Part shown: positions 26,375 to 36,931 of the stretch, in pieces | Layout: each line of letters starts with the position of its first letter | Numbering within the stretch: the stretch's first letter is position 1 | DNA from: a virus | Direction: 5' to 3' (one strand) | DNA length: 38,554 nucleotides | UHGV virus genome: UHGV-0304649 | Program-made: the position numbers and the translations under genes | The notes under the pieces: generated by a model | Seen by the model: only the letters and a program-made list of their open reading frames with translations | Told to the model about the DNA's origin: nothing | Database searches by the model: none

Positions 26375-27248
26375 TTATTTCACCCACTTTTTCAAACACA
26401 TAAGCGTTCTGTTTTGTATCATCAACTGTTGCGATAACCAATGCCCCATCGATCGCAGGATAATCAACTGTTCCAACAATTTCTGTTTCATGATTCAGTG
26501 AAAAAGCATCATCTTGTAAAATAATCAAGTCACTTATTTCGCCATATTCTAACGTATATAAGCGTTTCTCTAATTTCTGATACAAATATTCCATATCTGC
26601 CAATAAACGTTCAGAAATTGAATTATGGCGCACTCCTTGAATGTCTACACGTGCATCCATTAGCTCGGCTAACATCGTACCGCCAGGATCAATCGTTTTT
26701 AAAATATCTTTGATTGATTCGAACCATGAAGTGAAATCTGTTTTTTGCGCATCTCGCCACGCTTCGAACTCTTCTTTTCTAGCATTCATCCAATCAGTAA
26801 AATCACCCTTATTTTCGTTGATAAAAGCGTTCATGTCCGCGATTAAATCTTCAATGGACTGCCAATAAGAACCCATTTCACCTTCTGTTTTCGAAGCAGC
26901 ATTCACTACAAAGTAAGAAAAGTTTTGCGTTGCACCAATCAGGTTATCACCTTTATGAATACTGAAATATGCTTCTTGTCTGTGTAACGACTGCATAGAA
27001 TATTCATCAAAGGTATACTGAATAATCCCTTTTTTGGCATTCACAATTTTTGCTGAACGTTGAATCGGATATTTATTATCAATAACCGATTCAAAAAAAA
27101 CTTCGCAACCTGTTAAATCAAGTGGCCAAGCATTTTCAACTAGTATGGCTTCTAAGACTTCTGTGTTTCGATTTCCTTGTCGTACATTCTGAATCCCAAT
27201 GTAATTGTAAGGTTCAGTTGTACTTAGCGTTGCTTGCCATTTAACCAT
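26367..27248 (-). CDS. baseplate upper protein (BppU-like)
   Basis: position after Tal, N-terminal region typical of BppU. Confidence 0.45.
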   Translation of the reverse strand: MVKWQATLSTTEPYNYIGIQNVRQGNRNTEVLEAILVENAWPLDLTGCEVFFESVIDNKYPIQRSAKIVNAKKGIIQYTFDEYSMQSLHRQEAYFSIHKGDNLIGATQNFSYFVVNAASKTEGEMGSYWQSIEDLIADMNAFINENKGDFTDWMNARKEEFEAWRDAQKTDFTSWFESIKDILKTIDPGGTMLAELMDARVDIQGVRHNSISERLLADMEYLYQKLEKRLYTLEYGEISDLIILQDDAFSLNHETEIVGTVDYPAIDGALVIATVDDTKQNAYVFEKVGEISG

Positions 27249-27266
27249 TGAAAAATCCTCCTTTCG

Positions 27267-30074
27267 TTATTTTGGTGGAATAACAATCGATTGAATAGAA
27301 TTAGCAAAATATAATCGGTCATATTTTGCGACAATTTGCCCTTGCTCGGCGTTCTGTTCTATGGTTTGGATACGTCCGTTATTTAAGCCGTAAATCACGC
27401 CCGTGTGACCATATGTTGGGTCTACTGTCCAACCTGTTCCCCATTGGCCACCTCGTCTAATATTGACGATTGCTCCTACCACTAAATCTTGATACGTTGG
27501 ATTTTGGATTACTCGCCAACCTACCGCATTCCAATCATATGCTTCACCAATATCTGCAGCAGATGATGTATCACCAATTACATGTGAAAAGCCATAAATT
27601 GTTCCTGCACCTAAACCACAGCCGCCCATAAAACCAGAATATTCGGCTGGAACGGCATAACATTGCCCATTACCAAGCCATTTGCCCATTAAGGTCTCCA
27701 AATGTTCTATGCCAGCTTTTCCTGTTGCAGTAGAAGCTTTCAAATCTTTGAATTTGTCATACCATACTTGTGCATAGGTTTGTCTTTCTGGATGTGCTGC
27801 AGCTGGACGTTCAAAGTTTAATTCAAACGCATAAGCAGCTGTTTTAGGCGAGCTGACAACTTTAAATTCATCAACTGTTAATGGACTTACTTGTCCTAAC
27901 CATTGCCCATTGAACATACACCAATTAATTAATTGAGCTTGGGCTAATGACGTCCTATAGTCTTGTTTGATACCTGCAGCTGCGATTAAGCGTTGTACAT
28001 ATTCTCGGCCATTCCAAGTTGGTGCACCTACCAATGGATATGCTGAACCGTCCCATTGAACCCATCCGTAAGCTGGACCGCCTATTTGTTCGGTATCTGG
28101 GTTCATACTTGGACCAACTTCTCCTTGTACATTTCCAAGGATACCTGCAGCAGCTGCTTTGCTGTATCCGTTAGCTAATAGGTAACTCCATAAGTCCCAA
28201 GCAAATTTATCTGCATCGCTTGTAACTTCTGATGGATAACCACCTGTTCCAGCTCCAGAACCGCCACCACCATTTTGACCAGGTATAACTTCTTTGCCGC
28301 CCACAATCAATCGATCAACTGTCAGAATTGCTTTACTTCCATTTGGACCAAAAAAGTTAAAATTATTTCCAACAAAAAACTGTGTAGGACCAGTAATTAA
28401 ATGTCCTGTGCCTGATTGGTTAGACAAACCAATAATTTTTTGGGGATTATCTGCGACTAATAGTAATGAATTCCCATCAGAAACTACAGGATTTCCATTT
28501 TTATCTGCTAACCCTGGAAAAGGATTTCCCTTTGTTCCCATCGTGCCAACGTGACTATTACCATTCCAAAACTCCATCCCTTTTTTAGTTAATTCCATGA
28601 TTTTTTTCTTATTATTCCAAGCTTGTAAAGTACCGTTTACCATACGTAAAATATCTCCACAGCTATTAAATGATGTTTCAAAAATATTAGATTTTATTTT
28701 GCCAGCTCCTATAAAGTCCGCATTCAATACTCCATTAATTCCCCACGCATTTTTAAATGGACCTTTCCAGCCAGTTCTTGAGAATCCAATTCCTTTGTTA
28801 TTAATTGCAATCACATCTTTTGCAGTATCCGTGGATTCCGTATCTAAGTAATAATGGGTATTAGGTCGATTTTTAGGATATTGAAGTATACTTCCACCTT
28901 CAACACCGTTAATCAAATTAGTAATATAATCTACAAAATCACTCATATACTCTTTTTTTGTCAATGTTTTTATAGCTTCTTGAAAGTCTTGGCTTTGCTG
29001 TTTATAAAAAGCAACTTGGATATCTCCAGCAGTAATCTTTATTGTTTTTTCTGCTAAAGCATCATAGACAATCCCTGTAACTTTCGTTTGAATGTCAATA
29101 TCATAAAACTTGTGATACACAGTGAACGTATCGAATAAATTATAGTTTCTCATTTTCGCAAATTCTTTTGCTTCTTCTGAATCCGTGAGTTCCTCAATTT
29201 CTAGTTCAATAGAAACTTTAGGCTTATCACTTCCTGGATATAATGTAGTGAAGTATTTACCTGCTACTTTATTTAAGCTGGATAAATCTTTTACTCCTTG
29301 ATCTTCAGTAAACTGAACATATTGAGCGTAAACATCTGGATACTTGGTAATATATTCGCTTTTAACCGCATTTCCATAAATCCGTTGAGAAGTTCCGTCT
29401 GCACCACTTTGAAGCTCTGCAAATGGTAAAACTTTAGTAACAATTGATTGCCAATCAAATTTAATGGTTAATCCTTTTAAATCTTTACCATAACGAACAG
29501 TTCCAACGTTATCTCGTCCTCTACGTCTTAACAAAGATAATTTAAAAGGTTCTCGTTTGATTTCTCCTCCCCAGTATTGAAGCAAAGAACCTTGTTCACC
29601 AGCAATACAATTAAGTACGTTTCTAGCTTCAAATATCGTACTAGAAGCTGTGTTAATATCAGAATGAAGTTTGATATCGCATGGTTCATCCATGTTCTGT
29701 TCGATTAATTTCATTGCTTCTGAGCCATTACGATTATCAACTGTCACTAGCCTTACTTGTCTATTTCCTAGTTTATAAGTACGAGATTGAGCATAAATGA
29801 CAATACTATTAGTAAACGTATCTTTAAACGTTTGTTTGATCTCGAAAATGTGGTATTCTTCTAAGTCATTTGGCTTTGCTTTAATTTGATAGCCATTTTC
29901 GAAATAATCACTAAATCTGCTAATCGCTGGATAGTCCATTTCTAGTTCATATTTTCCGTTTGCTTCTTCAGTGATTTCGCAACGTGTCGCATCAATAAGA
30001 CGTCCTAAGCCGTTTGTTGTAAAATCTTTTTCTCCAGGTTTAAAAATAACTGGAATCAAACTTTCCGCCTCCAA
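27267..30074 (-). CDS. tail-associated lysin (Tal): tail endopeptidase N-domain, lysozyme-like segment, C-terminal CHAP domain
   Basis: 935 aa after Dit. Gly-rich linker GGGGSGAGTGG, GILGNVQGE lysozyme-like segment. C-terminal CHAP domain with Cys in NGQCYAV and downstream His. Confidence 0.7.
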   Translation of the reverse strand: MEAESLIPVIFKPGEKDFTTNGLGRLIDATRCEITEEANGKYELEMDYPAISRFSDYFENGYQIKAKPNDLEEYHIFEIKQTFKDTFTNSIVIYAQSRTYKLGNRQVRLVTVDNRNGSEAMKLIEQNMDEPCDIKLHSDINTASSTIFEARNVLNCIAGEQGSLLQYWGGEIKREPFKLSLLRRRGRDNVGTVRYGKDLKGLTIKFDWQSIVTKVLPFAELQSGADGTSQRIYGNAVKSEYITKYPDVYAQYVQFTEDQGVKDLSSLNKVAGKYFTTLYPGSDKPKVSIELEIEELTDSEEAKEFAKMRNYNLFDTFTVYHKFYDIDIQTKVTGIVYDALAEKTIKITAGDIQVAFYKQQSQDFQEAIKTLTKKEYMSDFVDYITNLINGVEGGSILQYPKNRPNTHYYLDTESTDTAKDVIAINNKGIGFSRTGWKGPFKNAWGINGVLNADFIGAGKIKSNIFETSFNSCGDILRMVNGTLQAWNNKKKIMELTKKGMEFWNGNSHVGTMGTKGNPFPGLADKNGNPVVSDGNSLLLVADNPQKIIGLSNQSGTGHLITGPTQFFVGNNFNFFGPNGSKAILTVDRLIVGGKEVIPGQNGGGGSGAGTGGYPSEVTSDADKFAWDLWSYLLANGYSKAAAAGILGNVQGEVGPSMNPDTEQIGGPAYGWVQWDGSAYPLVGAPTWNGREYVQRLIAAAGIKQDYRTSLAQAQLINWCMFNGQWLGQVSPLTVDEFKVVSSPKTAAYAFELNFERPAAAHPERQTYAQVWYDKFKDLKASTATGKAGIEHLETLMGKWLGNGQCYAVPAEYSGFMGGCGLGAGTIYGFSHVIGDTSSAADIGEAYDWNAVGWRVIQNPTYQDLVVGAIVNIRRGGQWGTGWTVDPTYGHTGVIYGLNNGRIQTIEQNAEQGQIVAKYDRLYFANSIQSIVIPPK

Positions 30075-30799
30075 TTAGGCTGAACCTTAAACTCTGTCAC
30101 TTTTCCAGTCCAGCGAAAATTATTTTCTCCACTTTTTAAAATTGGGTAATCTTTGAAAAGTGTTTTATGATCCAAAATTTCAAAAGCTCCACCTGAGTTT
30201 CGATAAGCTTCTTGTTTTTCTGAATCAATAATGATGTCTCCAGCAATCGCTTTTAATGCGTATTCCTGATTATTGATGAAAAAAGAAATATCCCCAGAAC
30301 CAAAAATCTGAATAGTAGGTTCTGAAGGATATTTTTCTGTGTTTATTAATTGTTTAGGATTACTTGTCCAATATTTGCCAATACGATTTTTTTTGAAAGG
30401 TCGGATACTTACAGTAAACTCAAAGGGAATTAAAAACCCTGTTTTTCTTGTTCCTGTAAACTTTGGTGGACTTGTTACGATGGCTTGATAAATGTAATGT
30501 TCATCAAAATAGACGATAAAGTCTGAGTAGTTTCCCATATCGAGCCAGAACGAGATTTCATCTTCTAAGAAAGAAACTTCTTGTAAATTTCTTGCTTTCG
30601 CATAGCATGTAATGGTGCGTTCTACATTTTTATAATACTCAAAATCAACAGCTATTGAATCATTACCCATTCGCTCCCTAAGCTCTACTACACGTCCCGC
30701 AGAAAGTCGTTCAGGTCTTTCTCTCATAAACACATTGAATTCAGAGCTATGTTTTCCATTAAGAAAAAACTGACCTCTTTTAAATTCCACCAAAAGCAC
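30056..30799 (-). CDS. distal tail protein (Dit)
   Basis: 247 aa directly downstream of TMP. Confidence 0.65.
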   Translation of the reverse strand: MLLVEFKRGQFFLNGKHSSEFNVFMRERPERLSAGRVVELRERMGNDSIAVDFEYYKNVERTITCYAKARNLQEVSFLEDEISFWLDMGNYSDFIVYFDEHYIYQAIVTSPPKFTGTRKTGFLIPFEFTVSIRPFKKNRIGKYWTSNPKQLINTEKYPSEPTIQIFGSGDISFFINNQEYALKAIAGDIIIDSEKQEAYRNSGGAFEILDHKTLFKDYPILKSGENNFRWTGKVTEFKVQPNWRRKV

Positions 30800-33704
30800 C
30801 TCCTACTGCATCGCTATCTCTATTTTTGACAACTTGAATGTATTTAACTAATTTTTGAGCCATGCTCATTAATTGCTTATCATCTAATTCACCCATTGCT
30901 TGTAAATTAATGTTAAAGGTATCACCACCAAAGGTAGTCGTTGCATTGCTGTTGTTCTTATCTGATTTAGATCTTTGTGATTCCTGTTGATTAGCATATC
31001 TACCTGTGACAGAAAAATTCGGTAATTCTGTTGGTAAATCAGCCATATTTTTAACCGATTTATCCAAAGTTCCTTTTTCTTGGTCAATACCATCCACGAC
31101 ACCCAACACAATGTTTTTACCAATCATGTCACGCATCCAACGTGAAGGAGAATGAATTTTCAAAGCTCCTTTAATCCCATCTTTAATATTCCCAGCAACT
31201 TCTTTAATTTTTTTACCAACAGCACCAATCATGGACCCGATACCATCGACCAAACCTTGAATAATGTTTTTACCAATTTCAAATAAATCAACATGTTTTA
31301 AATCTTCAAAAGTTTGTTTTACATTCGACACTGTATCACTGACACTTCTTGTGAGATTATTCCATGCGTTTTTAGCACCTTGTACCATGTTGTTGAAGGT
31401 TTCTATTGTGCCATTTCTAATTCTATACCAGGTTTGAACAACACCATCTTTTATTCCAACCGCCGTATCAACAATCCACTGTTTGAAATTGGACCATGTA
31501 TCTTTTGACCATTGAACAGTTGCATTAAATGTATCAATGGTTCCTTGTTTTAGGTTGTTCCAGCCATCGATCACACCATTTTTAATGTTTTCTACTGTTT
31601 CAAAAAACCAAGTTTTCAAACTTTCCCATATTCTAATTGCTTCAAATTTAATATTTATCCACGTTTCGATAATAGAATATTTAATTTCAATCCAAACGTT
31701 GATTGCTCCATATTTGATGTCAATCCAAAGTAAAGTGAAAAATAACTTCACATCAATCCAAATCTTTTTAATTGTCAACATCAATCCATTAAAAATAGAA
31801 GTAACTGAATAGGAAATAGCTGTAACCGTATTATAAAAGATATTTTTAATCCCGAACCAAATTGTCTGAGCTGCTTCAGCAATATTATCCCAAACGGCAA
31901 TCATATTTGCTTTTGCTTCTTCCCACCCACCTGTAATCATTGATGTGATGAAAAGTATTGGAGCTAACAGAACATTTTTTAGAATGGTAACGACATTTTC
32001 AGCGATCATTTTGACATTTTCAATGTTCGCTTTCATAGCGTTAACAACCATTTTAAACGCATTTTTGATTCCTGTTACATACGGACCAATATATTTCCAA
32101 ACAAAATCAAATGCTGTTGTGAAAACATCTGATATTGATTTTCCAATACCCTTAAACCAATCTTTCGCATTATCAAAGCCATTTTTAAAACTTTCGCCAA
32201 CGCTTTTAGCACTATCAGCAGCACCCTGCTTGATATTTTCCCATGTGTTTTTTGAGCCTTCTTTTGTTGAATCCCAAAGTCCACTAAAGAATTCTTTAGT
32301 ACCATTCCATTTATTTTTAACCCAGTCGGCTGCATTTCCAGGTGCTTCTTTCATCCATGTACCAGCATTTGAAAAAGCTTCTTTTGTGCCATCCCACATA
32401 TTGCTGAAAAATTCCATTGTCGAATCCCAAGCTTTTACAACTACATCAGCAGCGCTTGAAATGACCTCCTGGATATTTTTCCAAATATTTTTAACAGCAT
32501 CTCTAAAACCTTCATTAGTTTTCCAAAGATAAATAAACGCTGTGACTAACCCTACTACAGCAGTTAAGATTGCAACAAAAGGATTTGATAGCATTGTCTT
32601 ATTTAAAATTGCTTGAGCTATCGAAAGTGCTTCTGTACCTTCCCTCCAAGCTTTAAATGCTGCATTTACTTTATTCACAAGCATCAACGTACCAATGCTA
32701 CCAGCTAAACCTGCAAGCAGCGGTGCATAAGGTTTTAACGTATCATACAATGTTTTAACTGTCTTTATCATTGGCGGAATCATTTCAGCAAACTTAGATA
32801 AAGCCGCTTCCATCTTTGCACCTTTATCAGCAATGATTTCACTAATACTTCCAAAGCCCGCACTTTTTAAACCTTCGTCAATTTTAGTAACAACATTGGC
32901 CACGCCACGAACGATCGCAGTTTTCATGTTAGCCAATCCGGTTTTAATACCTGCAGTAGAGTCTTTAGCAATCTGTTCTAATGATTTAAGACCTCCTCCG
33001 CCTTCTTTATTCAATTTAATTAGAGAGTCTTGAAATTCTTCAACTGAAATTGAACCATCAGAGAGACCTTCTTTCATCTGACCAGCAGTTAACCCCATTT
33101 GTTTCGCTAAAGCATTCAACGCTGGACCCAAACCACTGTTAATCATTGAGTTCCAAGTTTGCGCATCTACTTTACCATTTGAGAACGATTGGGACAGCTG
33201 GATAATAGCATTGTCTACCATCTCTGCAGACCCACCAAAGCCGAGGATACCATTATTTAAAGCTGCGAAAATCTGTTCTGATTTTCCTAAGTCATTTGTA
33301 GACGAAGCAATTAATTGAACACCTTTAATTGCGCTGTCTAAAGGTGTAGGTAACCCTTGGATACTCTTCTTTAAGCTATCCATTGTCTTTGATGTTTCAC
33401 CAGCTGAAAAACCCATATTTTCAAATACACGGTTTGCGTTATTTAACGTATCCACGCGATTAATGGCCCCATCGATGTTGCTGGTAATCAGCCCAATTCC
33501 TTTTGAAATAATTTTAGTTGCTCCGCTGGCTAAAAAGTTACCAACAAATGACGTCCAAATAGATCCAAGAGAGCGGCCGCCTTTTTGTCCTGTTCTGTCA
33601 ACCTCTCCATCAAAACCTTGCAACTTTTTTACTGCCGAATTTAGACCTTGGGAGAATCCTGATTCATCTAGTATCATTTTTAAGACTAAGTCTTCATTGT
33701 TCAA
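30780..33704 (-). CDS. tail tape measure protein
   Basis: 974 aa, Gly/Ala-rich N-terminus, internal W-containing helical repeats; TTG start behind AGGGAGGGGG. Confidence 0.85.
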   Translation of the reverse strand: MNNEDLVLKMILDESGFSQGLNSAVKKLQGFDGEVDRTGQKGGRSLGSIWTSFVGNFLASGATKIISKGIGLITSNIDGAINRVDTLNNANRVFENMGFSAGETSKTMDSLKKSIQGLPTPLDSAIKGVQLIASSTNDLGKSEQIFAALNNGILGFGGSAEMVDNAIIQLSQSFSNGKVDAQTWNSMINSGLGPALNALAKQMGLTAGQMKEGLSDGSISVEEFQDSLIKLNKEGGGGLKSLEQIAKDSTAGIKTGLANMKTAIVRGVANVVTKIDEGLKSAGFGSISEIIADKGAKMEAALSKFAEMIPPMIKTVKTLYDTLKPYAPLLAGLAGSIGTLMLVNKVNAAFKAWREGTEALSIAQAILNKTMLSNPFVAILTAVVGLVTAFIYLWKTNEGFRDAVKNIWKNIQEVISSAADVVVKAWDSTMEFFSNMWDGTKEAFSNAGTWMKEAPGNAADWVKNKWNGTKEFFSGLWDSTKEGSKNTWENIKQGAADSAKSVGESFKNGFDNAKDWFKGIGKSISDVFTTAFDFVWKYIGPYVTGIKNAFKMVVNAMKANIENVKMIAENVVTILKNVLLAPILFITSMITGGWEEAKANMIAVWDNIAEAAQTIWFGIKNIFYNTVTAISYSVTSIFNGLMLTIKKIWIDVKLFFTLLWIDIKYGAINVWIEIKYSIIETWINIKFEAIRIWESLKTWFFETVENIKNGVIDGWNNLKQGTIDTFNATVQWSKDTWSNFKQWIVDTAVGIKDGVVQTWYRIRNGTIETFNNMVQGAKNAWNNLTRSVSDTVSNVKQTFEDLKHVDLFEIGKNIIQGLVDGIGSMIGAVGKKIKEVAGNIKDGIKGALKIHSPSRWMRDMIGKNIVLGVVDGIDQEKGTLDKSVKNMADLPTELPNFSVTGRYANQQESQRSKSDKNNSNATTTFGGDTFNINLQAMGELDDKQLMSMAQKLVKYIQVVKNRDSDAVGGAFGGI

Positions 33705-33725
33705 TAAGTACCCCCTCCCTTCTTA

Positions 33726-34279
33726 GAACATTGTGTGTTCATCAAGGAATTTAAGCTCTTCAAATTCTTTAACAGCATCTCTGAACGCATAAAGCTTCAT
33801 AAGTTCGTTCAAGTCTGTATTCTCAATTTCGTTTAGTGTCCACCCATTTCCAAGCAACGTAATTTTTAATTCTGCTTCTCGGTACTGTGGACTAAATTTA
33901 AAATGAGGATGATAAAGGAGATCTGTTACTTTTTTTTCTGATCAGAATAAACTGCATCATAACCGCTAGAAACAGACCCTAATAGTTGCCCCGTAATTTT
34001 TAAGATTTCACGTGCATCCATTCCGTCAAGAAATTCTTGGCCCGTAAATTGACCTTCAAAAATAACTTTTGCGATAAAATCATAACACTTACGCAAGACA
34101 GGCCGAATTTCCTCCATGTCGTTTGTTTTGACGATTTCTTCTAGTTCTACTTGTAATTCTGTTGCATCTTCCATAACAGATCCTGGTAACATTTCAGCGG
34201 ATTTGAATTGTTTAGTGGTGAAATTGCCTTCTTCATCTTTCAAGTAAAGTTTAATTGTCGTTTGTAATTTGCTTGCCAT
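33726..34279 (-). CDS. gpGT-like fusion made by programmed -1 frameshift at A AAA AAG (plus coordinates 33929-33937)
   Basis: The -1 frame stays open for 68 codons past the gpG stop and ends 20 nt before the TMP start. Classic gpG/gpGT arrangement. Confidence 0.6.
33926..34279 (-). CDS. tail assembly chaperone gpG-like
   Basis: 117 aa immediately upstream of TMP, ends ...DQKKK* on an A8G run. Confidence 0.7.
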   Translation of the reverse strand: MASKLQTTIKLYLKDEEGNFTTKQFKSAEMLPGSVMEDATELQVELEEIVKTNDMEEIRPVLRKCYDFIAKVIFEGQFTGQEFLDGMDAREILKITGQLLGSVSSGYDAVYSDQKKK

Positions 34280-34331
34280 TTTTTTATTCCTCCATATAAA
34301 TAGGACGACACTTGGCCGTCCTTAAATTTTA

Positions 34332-35174
34332 TTATGCATTAACTGTTACGCTGCATTCAGCTTTATGGTTGCCATCTTCAGTAGTGACAACAACAGTTGT
34401 GGTTCCTGCTGTTACTGCTGTAACTTTTCCTTGCACAGGTGTTACTGTTGCAATTGAAGTATCATTTGATTTGAATGAATAGTTTTTGTTTGTTGCGTTT
34501 TCAGGTGCAATTGTTGGCGTTAGAGTTGCAGTTTCACCAACCGTTAGAACTAATTCCGTTTTATCTAAAGTTACACCACTGACAGGATTTGTAGACTCTT
34601 CACGTGGATTAGTAACCTTAGTAAACCAATTTTTGATCATATCTAAGTCAACACCATCATCGTCTTCATCGACTGAATACATGTATCCGACACCAGGCAC
34701 ATCAACAAATGAACCTGTCCATTCTGGATGAGTGTAAGATACTGAACTACCTTCTAGAGTTGATGATTCATCAGAAGTCAATGCAAATTTTCCTTTATAA
34801 AAAATTGTGTAGCGATATTTACCATTTGATTTACGACGGCGATAAGCAAATGCTCCATCTGGTGCAATATCATCTGCGGATCGTAAAACACCGCCTTTCA
34901 ATTTTTCACCACCCGTAATTTCAGCTAAAACTTCATTCTGGTATCCATTTGTTTCCAAAGTAACTTCTGCACCACCAAATGCAACGTACTGATCTTGAAC
35001 TACACTATCGCCATAGTCAGGCGTTGTTTCTGTTGTAACATCTGGTTTGATACTTACAGCAGTACCGATTGTAATTGGCGCTCCGTAAACTGGAAAAGCA
35101 CCCGTTTCGTCTGTTAGTGGGAACCAGGTTGGTTTCTCCACAGAAATGACACTTACATTTTTTTTAACTGCCAT
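34332..35174 (-). CDS. major tail protein with C-terminal Ig-like (Big_2) domain
   Basis: C-terminus VSGVTLDKTELVLTVGETATLTPTIAPENATNKNYSFKSNDTSIATV. Confidence 0.75.
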   Translation of the reverse strand: MAVKKNVSVISVEKPTWFPLTDETGAFPVYGAPITIGTAVSIKPDVTTETTPDYGDSVVQDQYVAFGGAEVTLETNGYQNEVLAEITGGEKLKGGVLRSADDIAPDGAFAYRRRKSNGKYRYTIFYKGKFALTSDESSTLEGSSVSYTHPEWTGSFVDVPGVGYMYSVDEDDDGVDLDMIKNWFTKVTNPREESTNPVSGVTLDKTELVLTVGETATLTPTIAPENATNKNYSFKSNDTSIATVTPVQGKVTAVTAGTTTVVVTTEDGNHKAECSVTVNA

Positions 35175-35615
35175 CTATTCTTCACTCCATTCGATTAATT
35201 GAGGAAAAGCAACATTAAAATTAATATGTTGAATTCCATCTGTTTTAAATGCTTGATAATCTTCTGGAAATAGTTCGTTTCCATCTAGATTTAAGACATT
35301 AAAAAAAGCCCCACAGCTTTCTGTCAGACTTGTTACTAATTGTTTATTTTTCTTACTATCAACTAACGCAATATCAACGTTATATGCTTTATTCTGAACG
35401 TTTTGACCAACGTTATCAGTCATACTTTCCTCTATGCTTAAAACAAAATAAAAAGGTTTTGACGATTGCATCACATCATCAAGATAGATAGGTGCATCCG
35501 AGAACTGTTTTATTTTGCTAGTAAGCATTTTTAAAAGTTTATCGTACATACACCTATCCTTTCTTAGCAATAACAATTGCCATTTGTTTAAATCGTTTTG
35601 GGATATACGTTGCAT
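35175..35615 (-). CDS. tail-completion / tail terminator-like protein
   Basis: position between HK97 gp10-like and major tail. Confidence 0.45.
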   Translation of the reverse strand: MQRISQNDLNKWQLLLLRKDRCMYDKLLKMLTSKIKQFSDAPIYLDDVMQSSKPFYFVLSIEESMTDNVGQNVQNKAYNVDIALVDSKKNKQLVTSLTESCGAFFNVLNLDGNELFPEDYQAFKTDGIQHINFNVAFPQLIEWSEE

Positions 35616-35961
35616 GAGCTAATTTATAAGACTTTTGCAACATGAATCGCCCTTTTACAAATCCACCATTCTTCGTTCTGTGTCCGTCATTTACATATTT
35701 GAAATATTTTTCATTGTTAATTAAGGCGCCAACGATTCTACCACTTGATGTTTTTCTAGCTTTAATGATTCTGTATCCACGTCTTAAATCACCTGTTTTA
35801 ATCGGCGTAATAGGTACAATTAACTGATAAATCTTCGCTAACGAATCATTGACCATCGCAATACCTTCTTTTTCGGCAATTGGTGTCATTTTCTTCAAGT
35901 TTGCAATAACTTTGTCAGCATTCGAGGTCATTCTAAAATCACTTTTACTCATCGATTGCAC
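35554..35961 (-). CDS. HK97 gp10-like head-tail joining protein
   Basis: 135 aa, motif ITPIKTGDLRRGY. Confidence 0.55.
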   Translation of the reverse strand: MQSMSKSDFRMTSNADKVIANLKKMTPIAEKEGIAMVNDSLAKIYQLIVPITPIKTGDLRRGYRIIKARKTSSGRIVGALINNEKYFKYVNDGHRTKNGGFVKGRFMLQKSYKLAHATYIPKRFKQMAIVIAKKG

Positions 35962-36322
35962 TTCCTGTCAATGTCACTTCGATGTGACTTGGATAGTTAA
36001 AGGGTTTCTTTGCAAATAAAATATGCTTTTGACCTGTACTTTGAATGACAGTGATTCTGTCGGCCTTTTTCACATCTACATCAGGCATTAAAAACAATTT
36101 TTGATCTTCGTAAGTGATATTAAAGGTACCTTTGTTTTCAACAACTGGTAAGCTTCCAGCGCTACCCAGTCCACTTTGGGAAAGAGCACACTTTAATTTA
36201 CCTCCGTGGATCGGTGAATACCCTTGCTCAGTGATGCCTGTTTCAGAATTTTCAATATCGTTCATTCTTTCAATGACACAAGTGTCAAGATAGGTCATTG
36301 CCAAAATATCCGCTTCATTCAA
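35945..36322 (-). CDS. head closure / head-tail adaptor protein
   Basis: position and size. Confidence 0.5.
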   Translation of the reverse strand: MNEADILAMTYLDTCVIERMNDIENSETGITEQGYSPIHGGKLKCALSQSGLGSAGSLPVVENKGTFNITYEDQKLFLMPDVDVKKADRITVIQSTGQKHILFAKKPFNYPSHIEVTLTGSAIDE

Positions 36323-36663
36323 TAGAAAAACACCCCACTATCACAGCCAATTAAACGTTTAATAGTGTCGCTGTAATTGCCAAGCAACGCTGTTATACTC
36401 TGCTGCGTAGTTGCATAGCTAATAGATGTATCACCGCGCTTAATGCTAGTTACAGCTTGTTCCGTTTCACTTTTAAGTGACTGATATAGAATTTCAATTA
36501 CAAGCGAGGTAAGTAAATCCCAATCAATTTCAATCTTACATGTATTGTAAGATCCGATTTCCAAAAGAACTAGGTCTAAGACAGACGAAATACGCTCTTT
36601 TGAAACATTAGGTAGCATTTTTGAAACTTTTTCTATAATTACTTTTTTTTGTTCGTCTGTCAT
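36319..36663 (-). CDS. head-tail connector (gp6/gp15-like)
   Basis: position after capsid. Confidence 0.5.
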   Translation of the reverse strand: MTDEQKKVIIEKVSKMLPNVSKERISSVLDLVLLEIGSYNTCKIEIDWDLLTSLVIEILYQSLKSETEQAVTSIKRGDTSISYATTQQSITALLGNYSDTIKRLIGCDSGVFFY

Positions 36664-36671
36664 ATAATCAC

Positions 36672-36908
36672 CTAAATTTCTGTTAAATCTGCAGCTTCTT
36701 CTATAATTGTAATAGCTTTTTTATCAGAAACACTCACTTCGATTTTTCCGTCAACTGCTGTAATAAATTTACGTGTTTCAGGATGAACAAAACCAACGAA
36801 ATTTTTATTTTTTAAAACTTTGAATGTTTTTGTTGCAGGTTTCACTTCTTCAGTTACTTCTTTTGTCTCTTCGATTACTTCTTCTTTGACCTCTGACTTT
36901 TTAACCAT
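36672..36908 (-). CDS. small Glu/Lys-rich head-associated protein
   Basis: 78 aa directly after capsid gene. Confidence 0.4.
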   Translation of the reverse strand: MVKKSEVKEEVIEETKEVTEEVKPATKTFKVLKNKNFVGFVHPETRKFITAVDGKIEVSVSDKKAITIIEEAADLTEI

Positions 36909-36931
36909 AATTATTCTCCTTTACTTTTTAA

